Virus record (IMG/VR): IMGVR_UViG_3300021961_000129
Span: 1 to 54,742 of that record
Source: a virus
Taxonomy: Duplodnaviria; Caudoviricetes
Strand: one strand, 5' to 3'
Length of the DNA stretch: 54,742 nt
Position numbers and translations under genes: made by a program. Positions 8,901-16,888 of the stretch are shown here, one piece after another. The notes under the pieces were generated by a model that made no database searches, had not been told where the DNA came from, and saw nothing but the letters and a program-made list of their open reading frames with translations. The stretch's first letter is position 1, and the number at the start of each line of letters is the position of its first letter.

Positions 8901-11900
8901 CTTACTCCAGTATAAATTCCTGCCTGAGTATATCCAGATCCACCAGTAATATTCTTAAGTGTTAGTGCAACACCTCTAACAAGACCTGTAGTACCATATC
9001 CAACATTAGCAAATGTTAATCCAGTATTTGTTGCAATACCAAGATTGGTATTGACTCCAATATAAGGAGGTCTTGTAACAATACCGGTAACTTCTCCTTG
9101 GTTTAGAACACTCTTAACTACATCACCATCTTCGAAATTATATACAGTATTATTATTTAAAATTAAATATTGAGAATATGTGTCACTAACAAGTACATAT
9201 GGGGATTGTGGTTCAACAACGGTATCACCATTTCCCAGTTTTGTAACTGGAACTTGGTTATGTAGTTGTAGTCTACCAAAGTTATATGGAGTTCTATAAT
9301 AGTTGGAAACTTTTGGTGGAATGAGGTCAGAGTTAATTTGTCCAATTGCATTTAATTGAACAATCGCGTTTGGAATTGCGTTGGTTGATACTGATTTATC
9401 AATAAATCCACCAAGTCTATTATTTAAGAATGTTCTAATAGCTAACTGAGTGGAAACTCTCTTATTAAGTGGTCCTCCTAGTTCATTATCACCCATTCCT
9501 CCATCTGCGGAGAATTCTTCGATCGCAATACCACCAGAAAGTGATAATCTAATAGAATCAAGAGTACCAATGGTTACGGTATTATTAAAGATAATGTTAC
9601 CAGTTCTATTGAATGCAGTAATAAAATCACCAATCTTAAAGTCTCCAAGTTCGTTAGTACCAGATGAGTAAACACGGCCACCTCTTTCACTAACTTGTTC
9701 AGACTTCGTTACTGTTCTACCTCCATTTTGTGGAAGAGCATTATAGTCAATACCTGAACCAGAATATTCCCATGTATGAGAAGAAGAGTTAATAATAGAT
9801 GGTCTGTGCCAGTGTAACTTATAAGTTTCTGGTAGATTTTGAATACCCTGGATTGATTGTCCAGGTAAAGTGGAATCAATCTTGGAATTAGTTGTCCAAT
9901 AACTGGTAATTCCAGCTACAACTGTTACTCCAACTCCAATCGGTGTCTCACTGTGATCTTCTAAATCAAGTACGGTCAATCCATTTGAAACCGCAAAGTT
10001 TCTTCTAGTTCCCTGAGAAAGTTCAACAGAAACGAGTAATTTTCTAGTGGTTTGACTATAAGTAACGGCAATACCGAGGGCTGTTCCGCCGACAACTGTT
10101 TGTGTAATTTCTCTACCAGATACAAAGTTGCAGGTAGTTCCAATACCAGCTGCAAGAGTTAACTCTTGATATGTATTATGTCTATCAATAACGGAAGATG
10201 CGAAGAACTCAAAAGTACTCTTCTGAATAGTATGAATACCAGTAGAAGCAGAAGTTAAATCAACAATTCTTGTTAAACTATCATCTTCAGCAAGTCGGAA
10301 ACTATTAGAATCCACGTAAATAACATAATATTGGTTACCATTAACAAGACCTCCAATAATTCTATTTGGAATTACTTGTTCATCACCAAAGTAAACTACT
10401 GTATCTCCATTACTAAATGGATGACTATTGATATTAATAGTATCCGCAGAAATATTAACTACTCCACCAGCAGTAACTGCAGTTCCAACAAATTCGGAAG
10501 TTACTGGAGATGCCTTAAAGTTTGAAGTTACATCTTGGTTTGCATTGTTAAAGATTCTTGCAACATATAAATCTTGATCAGATCTACCCAAACCAACAAT
10601 CTTCAGAGTAGTTAATCCACCTGAAGTACCAGTTGCAGCAATTCTTCCTCTATCAAAAGCAAATGAATTTGGACTGAATCCAGTAGATCTTAGAGCATAT
10701 AGTCCAAAGTTTGTTGCAGAGTTTGTAATGGATAGATATCCACCAGACTGCGTTAGTGAACCATATCTGCAGAAGATTTGGAAACAAGAAACAACCTGTG
10801 CATAACCATCATTGATAGTTCTCCATCCAATACCACCAAAGGAAACCATGGTAAATGCAGCAGCAACCATGGACTTACCTTGTTCTGGTTGATCGCCAAC
10901 TAGAGGGGTTTCAGCTTCCTGTTTAATTAGAGGAGTGTTGGGTGATTGTACTTTAGAACCATCAACAAGAATACCATTTGCACCTAAGAAAGATAGAATA
11001 GAACAGTTCTGGATATATGGCGATCTTGTAATGAGTGGTTTGTCACTCTTAGTTGCATATCCAATTCTAGAAGTTAGAGAATCATTTGGATCATCAAATG
11101 CTATCGCATAATTCCAAGTACTTAATGGCACACCTGCGGCATCAATACGATCCTTCATTGCAAAACCAGTTACATATACACCATTTCTTACACGGAATAA
11201 ATCTTTGCCGTTATTTAATGGCCTAATAATCGTATTTCTTAAGTTATCGCCAACAATTGCAACGTCATCATATAGAAGAATTGGGTTGTCTTCTATATAT
11301 TCACCAGCTTCAACGATGATGCAAACTGGTTTGGATTGTGTTTGTGGGAATACTTTAGTTGGTGAAGCGGTTGTTCCAAATCCTACGATTGTAGTGATAA
11401 TTCCAACATAGTTAACAATCGCACTTCTTACATCTGCACAATCAGTAAGACCCAAATTAACTGAAGTAATTCCTGACAAACTTCCACTTAATACTGCACC
11501 CGTCAAAATTCCTACCAGAGAATCAATAGTAGAACGAGTGTTTGCACAAACATTTACATTCTTGTTTGTTGATCCAACAGAAACATCATTTTGAATTGTT
11601 AGATCTTGATAATTTAGCCAGTTAACTACTGCACGTTTTGCATATTTTCCTAGACTTGTAAATGCATATGCAGAGGCAACTTCTTCACCTAGTAATCCGT
11701 TTGTCTTTGCAGCACCTGCACCATCAAAGTATCTCTTAGTTGCATAAACAGTATGTTGATTTGTACCATAAGCAACGTCCTGTGCAATAGCATCAACAAT
11801 ATATCCAAGATCTCTAGCACACTTTCTACCGCCAACAACGTTAGTTGATCCAATGCCAACTTCAAATCCAGAAACATTTTTAACATTATATGTTGAATTA

Positions 11901-14900
11901 ACAACAAAATAACCATAATTTGTTGTTGTACCTATTCCAGCAGTACTACCTGAACCGATTGCTGTTGTAACAATTCCGGTAAGAGTAGTAATAGTGGATT
12001 GAACATTAGAACAAGAAGAAGGATCAGTGTTAAATCCTGTTACTGCATCAGCAGTAATGGTTAAATCTCTTTGATTGAGTTGGTTTGTTATAGCCAACTT
12101 CATGTAATCCCTTGCCTTTTCAAATGCATAATTTGATTCTGTTGTCTCACCTACTAGTCCGTTGGTAATTGGTTGACCTAATACGTTAAAATAGAATCCA
12201 GTGAAGGAACGAACGTAGTTATTACCACCGGTAAATACGTCAGTAGCGACTGCCTCAATAAAGAGACTTAGATCTCTTGCACACTTAGTAGATCCAGGAG
12301 AAGATGTGGATCCAATTCCAGAAGTTGCAATTGCGCCTGCAGAACCACTAATTAATAAATTATCAATGTTATAGTAACCAGTGTTTATACCTGTTATTCC
12401 ATTAGAAGTACCGGCACCAATAGTTACTGTAACGATTCCTACGAGAGAATCGATATTAGATCTTACATTTGCACAAGAAAGGGTACTTCTATTATAATTT
12501 GTAAGTGGATCTGGAGTTAAATATAGATTCTGATAATTTAGGTTATTTGTAATTGCCATCTGCATGTATCCAGATGCAGACTTGAATGCATATACGGACT
12601 CGTCTCTTTCTGTGGATCCAATTCCTGTTGGATTTCCGTTACTATAGTAGTAAAGAGCAAACTCTCTAGAATACTTATTACCTCCAGTAAATACGTCAGT
12701 TGCAACAGCATCTACTAAGTATCCTAAATCTCTAGCGCACTTACGTCCTCCTGAAGATCCGGTACTTCCAACGCCAACAGAAGCAAAATATCCATAATTA
12801 GCTGCCGGTAAGGATGAAGTATTTCCTGCTCCAATAGATACTGTTACAATACCTACAAGAGTGGTTACGTTATTTTGAACATCAGTACATGCAATTGTAC
12901 TGGTAACTCCAATAGTCGCACCTCCACTATTGTATAGTGCAGGTCCAGTAGTAATTCCACGGTCTTGGTAATTTAATTGGTTAGATACTGCACCTCTCAT
13001 CAAGGTCATTGCAGATCTAAATGCATAGATTGATTGCGATTCTTCACCTATTAAACTGGTTGTTCCGATACCGGCAAAATAAAATCCGGTAAATTCTCTA
13101 GAGTAACTATTACCTCCAGTAAATATGTCAGCAGAAATAGCATCAACAAAATACCCAAGATCTCTAGCACATTTTTTGAGTCCAACTGGATTTGTTGTTC
13201 CTACACCAACACTAGAACCAACTTCCCATAAATCATAAAGACCTAGATTTATAGCTGGGAAGGTACTAGTATTTCCTGCACCAATTGCAACAGTAGCTAT
13301 ACCAGTTAGAGTTGCGATGGTATTTTGAACATCTGTACATGAAGAAGGACTGGTATTGGAAACATTAGTACCTCCTCCATAAACAGTTGGTCCAGCAGTT
13401 ACTGTTAAATCTTGGATTGTGAGTTGGTTTGAAACTGCGGACTGCATTCCAACTCTTGCTTGATCGAAAGCAAATCTCGTTTGAACTTCTTCACCAGCTA
13501 AACTTGTAGAACCTACACCAACAAAATAGAATCCAGTGAATTCTCTAACGTAGTTGTTGCCTCCTGTAAATACGTCAGCAGAGATAGCATCGACAAAATA
13601 TCCAAGATCCCTCTTACACTTATCTTGTGTAGAAGTTACTTCTGGATATTGATAAACCGTGGCTTCCCAAGCATTATCAATGATTTGTTGTTTGTTTTGT
13701 TGGATTAAACGGTATGCATCTGCATAACGAGATCTTTCCGTTGTTTGAGCTTCTCCTGGTACATAGAAATCGGAATATCCAACGGCTACAGAAGCAAGAG
13801 CCTTATCTACAATTTCTTGTTTGTTCTTCTGAATTAATCTATATCCATCATAATATCTAGATCTAGCATTTGTTTCTGGATCACCTGGGAAATAGAATGG
13901 ATTTGAAGAATCAACATAAACTGCAACAGAAGCAAGAGACTTATCTACAATTTCTCTCTTATTTTCGACAATTAAACGATATGAATCGTAATATCTAGAT
14001 CTTCCGTTTGATGCTGCATCTCCGGGGAAATACCAACTTGAGGGGAAACCTACAGCAACAGATGCAAGAGACTTATCTAAAATTTCTTGATTATTAACTG
14101 TAATTAATTTATGTGCATCGTAATATCTCGACCTTTCATTACTTTCAGTTTCTCCTGGGAAGAAGAATGTTGATCCTACCCCGACAGCAACAGAAGCTAA
14201 AGATTTATCAATAATTTCTTGTCTATTTCTAACTATTAAATTTCTAGCATCTTTTGATCTATGGAAATAATTTGCATTGTTGTTAAGTGGATCGGAAACT
14301 TGGTCATAGTCAAATGATTGAGATACTGTAGTTTGATATAATGTTGGAGGAGTTTGATTGTTAATACAGTATTGAGCAATAAATTTTAAATAGTCTAACG
14401 CAAATATTACTAACTCTTCTTCACCATCAACGTAAGATTCATCTGGATCTGCAACGATATTCCAATAATCAAATCCATTTTCAACTGATTTAGAGTTTCC
14501 ACCAAATCTAACATCATATGCTAGAGCATCAATAGCATTTCCTATTCTCGTTCTAAACGTGGATTGCTCATAATCTGGATAATCTGTAGCAATATTTTCA
14601 AAATTAAATTCTAAGTATGATATTACTTCCTCTTGCATGAAGGTCTTATTGGCATCCAATAAGTCTCCAGCATCAAGATATCTTTGTCCTGGAATTACAA
14701 AACTATCAAAAGAAGCTAACTGAGCAGCTCTCTTAATTGTTCTAACTGGTAGAGATTTGCCATTATAGGCATCATCACCATTTTGTGCGGAAACATAATA
14801 TCTATTTTCAAAAAGACCCGCACCATTAGTAGTAAATCCTAATGTACCATCCGGATTCAATCCTAACAATTGTCCAGCAGTACCTTTAGTTGCTGGTAGA

Positions 14901-16834
14901 GTTAACGTATAGTTAGTTGCAACTCCAGAATTTGAAAGTTCAATTTTTACGGATTTGTCCTGATCATCCAACTGTGTATTAATTCCAACAAAGGTAAGAG
15001 TACTTACACCTACCCTATTAAATGTAGTTATACCTGTATATCTTACATTGGATCCAACTAGATTTGTAATTGTACCAGTATCTGAAATAAAGGTTGAAAC
15101 ACCAGTAATTGTAGCATCATCACCAGAAATACGAATCGATGCACTTCCTACAGTAAGAACACCAGTAATTCTTGCGTCACCTTCAATGATTACGTCAGTA
15201 TTTCCAATACCAACAGTCATACTGCCGATAGTTGCAATACCACTATAATTGATGTCAGAACCATTCAAGTAAGTTATTACACCAACAAATGATTCTAATC
15301 TTTGTATAGTGCCAACTCCAGTTGCATTAAAATAGGTCGCAAAACCAGTATTTGTATATGATGTACTAATAAATGCTGTACCTAATGTTGAGAATCCTAC
15401 TCTAGATGTTGTGGTAACTCCAGAATTTATATAAGCATCACCAATCCAAACTTCATCGATATTACCTACAGTACCAACTCCAGTCGAATAATACAAGTCA
15501 TTAACATAAGCAACACTAGAAACGCCTATAGTAGTAACAACTCCCGAATTTATTCTAGCATTATTAATCCATGCAGTGTCTTGAATATGGACTTCCGTAG
15601 TAACACCTACGTTAATATATGCATTAGTAATTGAGCTTGTCTGGGAGTTGAAACTTGTAGCTATACCCGCGTTTACATTAAGATCGTTTACATTCGCAGT
15701 TTCTATATTGACATCAGTAACGATACCAGAACTTATATAAGCCTGATCTACATGCAAATTTGTTACATTTAAATCAGTTATTATACCAGAAGCAGAATAT
15801 AAATTAGAAACTGATAAATTTGTTGTATATAAATCTGTAATTATACCGGAAGCAGAATATAAATCAGAAACTGATAAATTTGTTGTATATAAATCTGTAA
15901 TTATACCTGAAGATATGAAGGCATTTGTCGAAAGTAAAGTATCCGCTGTCAATCCTGTAATAATGCCAGTAGTAACATATAGATCATCAATATATGCACT
16001 TGAAATTCCTGCTGTTGTTAAAACTCCAACATTTATGTATACATTATCTATAGAAGCTGTTGAAATTCCGGCAGAAGTTATGATTCCAGAATTGACAAAT
16101 AATTCAGCAATATTTGCACTTGAGATTCCAACAGTTGTTAAAATACCAACATTTATGTATACATTATCTATAGAAGCTGTTGAAATTCCGGCAGAAGTTA
16201 TGATTCCGGAATTAATAAAAGCATCTTGTGTGTAAGAAGTTAAAATTCCAGCTTCGCCAATTACAGCTCTAACCGAGTCTAAGAAAGGAGCTATTACCTC
16301 CCCGGCAAGTGTGTCGGTAAAGACAATATCAGCGGTAATTATTCCAACAACATTGTTATGTGGTGATGATACTTCAATGCTGCCGATACCAACTGATAGT
16401 ACTGTTGCACCTACACCGATATAGTCGGAAATTGGTTCAGTAACAAGATAACCTGGTCTAATATTATTTGTAGCAATTCCAGTAATAACATATGGATCAA
16501 GTTCATCCAGAGTACCCTGTCTTACAACTTCTGGATCATAAAATATATTTAAACTTCTTGCCGCTATATTACCCTCAAGAAGAGAGTTACCTACTACTAC
16601 TAATTTATAGTCATTGGTTGTAGTTGTACCAATTCCGATAAAAGCCTTATTTACAATTCCTTGTTCAACAGTTGAGCCAAATCCAGATCCAACTAAATAG
16701 TGACCGCCTGGGTTTACCCCATCATGAACAACCGCTACATCATATGTAGTATCAATAGTTAATTCGCCAACCGCTCCTGTAAAAACCTGATGTTCTGCTG
16801 TGGTTCCTCTTCTAAGCTGTACCTGCTTGGTCAT
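5993..16834 (-). CDS. Giant tail fibre/adhesin (3613 aa): Mtd-like N-terminus, 20-aa beta repeats, pectin-lyase-like domain interrupted by phycobiliprotein-like repeats, C-terminal S74 intramolecular chaperone
   Basis: MTKQVQLRRGTTAEHQVFTGAVGELTIDT (Mtd-N-like); YYVSAQNGDD..PVRTIKRA ... IIVEAGEYIEDNPI..VGDNLR (split pectin-lyase/DUF1565-like start); SDVRFKKNI..IGVIAQEVEEVVPELV..ALLIEAIKE (S74). Confidence 0.9.
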   Translation of the reverse strand: MTKQVQLRRGTTAEHQVFTGAVGELTIDTTYDVAVVHDGVNPGGHYLVGSGFGSTVEQGIVNKAFIGIGTTTTNDYKLVVVGNSLLEGNIAARSLNIFYDPEVVRQGTLDELDPYVITGIATNNIRPGYLVTEPISDYIGVGATVLSVGIGSIEVSSPHNNVVGIITADIVFTDTLAGEVIAPFLDSVRAVIGEAGILTSYTQDAFINSGIITSAGISTASIDNVYINVGILTTVGISSANIAELFVNSGIITSAGISTASIDNVYINVGVLTTAGISSAYIDDLYVTTGIITGLTADTLLSTNAFISSGIITDLYTTNLSVSDLYSASGIITDLYTTNLSVSNLYSASGIITDLNVTNLHVDQAYISSGIVTDVNIETANVNDLNVNAGIATSFNSQTSSITNAYINVGVTTEVHIQDTAWINNARINSGVVTTIGVSSVAYVNDLYYSTGVGTVGNIDEVWIGDAYINSGVTTTSRVGFSTLGTAFISTSYTNTGFATYFNATGVGTIQRLESFVGVITYLNGSDINYSGIATIGSMTVGIGNTDVIIEGDARITGVLTVGSASIRISGDDATITGVSTFISDTGTITNLVGSNVRYTGITTFNRVGVSTLTFVGINTQLDDQDKSVKIELSNSGVATNYTLTLPATKGTAGQLLGLNPDGTLGFTTNGAGLFENRYYVSAQNGDDAYNGKSLPVRTIKRAAQLASFDSFVIPGQRYLDAGDLLDANKTFMQEEVISYLEFNFENIATDYPDYEQSTFRTRIGNAIDALAYDVRFGGNSKSVENGFDYWNIVADPDESYVDGEEELVIFALDYLKFIAQYCINNQTPPTLYQTTVSQSFDYDQVSDPLNNNANYFHRSKDARNLIVRNRQEIIDKSLASVAVGVGSTFFFPGETESNERSRYYDAHKLITVNNQEILDKSLASVAVGFPSSWYFPGDAASNGRSRYYDSYRLIVENKREIVDKSLASVAVYVDSSNPFYFPGDPETNARSRYYDGYRLIQKNKQEIVDKALASVAVGYSDFYVPGEAQTTERSRYADAYRLIQQNKQQIIDNAWEATVYQYPEVTSTQDKCKRDLGYFVDAISADVFTGGNNYVREFTGFYFVGVGSTSLAGEEVQTRFAFDQARVGMQSAVSNQLTIQDLTVTAGPTVYGGGTNVSNTSPSSCTDVQNTIATLTGIATVAIGAGNTSTFPAINLGLYDLWEVGSSVGVGTTNPVGLKKCARDLGYFVDAISADIFTGGNSYSREFTGFYFAGIGTTSLIGEESQSIYAFRSAMTLMRGAVSNQLNYQDRGITTGPALYNSGGATIGVTSTIACTDVQNNVTTLVGIVTVSIGAGNTSSLPAANYGYFASVGVGSTGSSGGRKCARDLGYLVDAVATDVFTGGNKYSREFALYYYSNGNPTGIGSTERDESVYAFKSASGYMQMAITNNLNYQNLYLTPDPLTNYNRSTLSCANVRSNIDSLVGIVTVTIGAGTSNGITGINTGYYNIDNLLISGSAGAIATSGIGSTSSPGSTKCARDLSLFIEAVATDVFTGGNNYVRSFTGFYFNVLGQPITNGLVGETTESNYAFEKARDYMKLAITNQLNQRDLTITADAVTGFNTDPSSCSNVQSTITTLTGIVTTAIGSGSTAGIGTTTNYGYFVVNSTYNVKNVSGFEVGIGSTNVVGGRKCARDLGYIVDAIAQDVAYGTNQHTVYATKRYFDGAGAAKTNGLLGEEVASAYAFTSLGKYAKRAVVNWLNYQDLTIQNDVSVGSTNKNVNVCANTRSTIDSLVGILTGAVLSGSLSGITSVNLGLTDCADVRSAIVNYVGIITTIVGFGTTASPTKVFPQTQSKPVCIIVEAGEYIEDNPILLYDDVAIVGDNLRNTIIRPLNNGKDLFRVRNGVYVTGFAMKDRIDAAGVPLSTWNYAIAFDDPNDSLTSRIGYATKSDKPLITRSPYIQNCSILSFLGANGILVDGSKVQSPNTPLIKQEAETPLVGDQPEQGKSMVAAAFTMVSFGGIGWRTINDGYAQVVSCFQIFCRYGSLTQSGGYLSITNSATNFGLYALRSTGFSPNSFAFDRGRIAATGTSGGLTTLKIVGLGRSDQDLYVARIFNNANQDVTSNFKASPVTSEFVGTAVTAGGVVNISADTININSHPFSNGDTVVYFGDEQVIPNRIIGGLVNGNQYYVIYVDSNSFRLAEDDSLTRIVDLTSASTGIHTIQKSTFEFFASSVIDRHNTYQELTLAAGIGTTCNFVSGREITQTVVGGTALGIAVTYSQTTRKLLVSVELSQGTRRNFAVSNGLTVLDLEDHSETPIGVGVTVVAGITSYWTTNSKIDSTLPGQSIQGIQNLPETYKLHWHRPSIINSSSHTWEYSGSGIDYNALPQNGGRTVTKSEQVSERGGRVYSSGTNELGDFKIGDFITAFNRTGNIIFNNTVTIGTLDSIRLSLSGGIAIEEFSADGGMGDNELGGPLNKRVSTQLAIRTFLNNRLGGFIDKSVSTNAIPNAIVQLNAIGQINSDLIPPKVSNYYRTPYNFGRLQLHNQVPVTKLGNGDTVVEPQSPYVLVSDTYSQYLILNNNTVYNFEDGDVVKSVLNQGEVTGIVTRPPYIGVNTNLGIATNTGLTFANVGYGTTGLVRGVALTLKNITGGSGYTQAGIYTGVRFDTASGIGTGITGTITVSAAGTVQAVAINTGGRYFAVNDVLTVNDPTPIGGRTGGSNFTVQIASVETRLYINLLNGVKFAPTTALPDYIVDRNAVAISTDLGISTSFSFTGTGIDVGGNVDFTNDRITSTFQPFGDGDPVKYTTTGTVISPLIADTIYYVKKVGIGSYTIHSNYAVGADSKIDLTASGTGVQSFTRVGVVTNTQQLILVNHGFTQGDPVQINAAAGVGSLPTGLTTGYYYFVGSATTNSFTLHPSRNAALASINGLILDPISLGTNGTGIVSYTKQNISFTDVVNTSGQESTNWAAVGGGDIDASNIISGVVNTTRLAGSGSANNETYLRGDSKWAKAVGSVGFGTTQPVQVFATSVDNAPFGVGINTYYGNVEIRLNRCLPTIDAYSTLGVAQFKTSTFNVGSDGQIQIKTSTAGGDVDAATLGGNNSAYHLDVTNHQGTIPVTRGGTGLAAAPSAGAVLIGNGSAYTLTTTPVLEGLLTTQSIAVAANHDISFTTGTWTGEKAGKIQFSSNNLYLQFTTSLIGRNASGTDVFTLGNSGNASFTGTVTGTRLISNIASGTAPLSITSTTEVTNLNAQLHNGLLSSSTYTNGTANIVARDTSGNFTAGKITLNAAGSTTVGDLTFSGATSNWIDFGTTGSAAPAFTNRSAGAKIVLNNAITASAADYAFGIESGSLWSGVPTTTQSFKWYGGTTLAATLTGAGALTLVGALSATTLTSTVATGTAPLTVTSTTTVTNLSADLLDGLNSATAATANTIVARDASGNITGARVDATTHRAATHDITADTNNRLAQGLVELRASAPIYYLRATASASAMIENNAGIFYVKRGGNDTLTPAQVNSVWPMQIDLSNNNMTVGGTVTASSDVRFKKNIETIQDALDKVLNMRGVTFERLETPGTEIGVIAQEVEEVVPELVTTDGNGHKSVAYSNITALLIEAIKEQQVQINELRDEIKKLKGE
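11370..14690 (-). repeat. Six nested phycobiliprotein-like protein domains within the tail fibre
   Basis: Five N-halves (RxxDxxxLIxxNxxEIxDKS) in tandem at ~13660-14270, then five C-halves with KC(A/K)RDL (Cys codons near 13617, 13170, 12738, 12282, 11820), all enclosed by an outer domain. Confidence 0.75.
15781..16207. repeat. Near-identical tandem DNA repeats (60-bp and 120-bp periods) in the tail fibre shaft
   Basis: 15781-15840 vs 15841-15900 differ at 2 positions; 16027-16087 is identical to 16147-16207; they encode SGIITDLYTTNLSVSxLYSA / SGIITSAGISTASIDNVYIN repeats. Confidence 0.9.
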
Positions 16835-16870
16835 AGTACTATACGACTCAAATTACTATTTCTTCTGATA

Positions 16871-16877
16871 TATTTAT
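16871..16877 (-). promoter_or_regulatory. Late promoter upstream of the tail fibre gene
   Basis: ATAAATA on the minus strand within the dyad CTGATA-TATT-TATCAG. Confidence 0.65.
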
Positions 16878-16888
16878 CAGATAAAAAA

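Noticed and set aside
16700-16834. Mtd-like N-terminus suggesting a diversity-generating retroelement
   Set aside because: No reverse transcriptase or adenine-mismatched TR/VR pair is visible; the fibre ends in an S74 chaperone rather than a variable C-type lectin region
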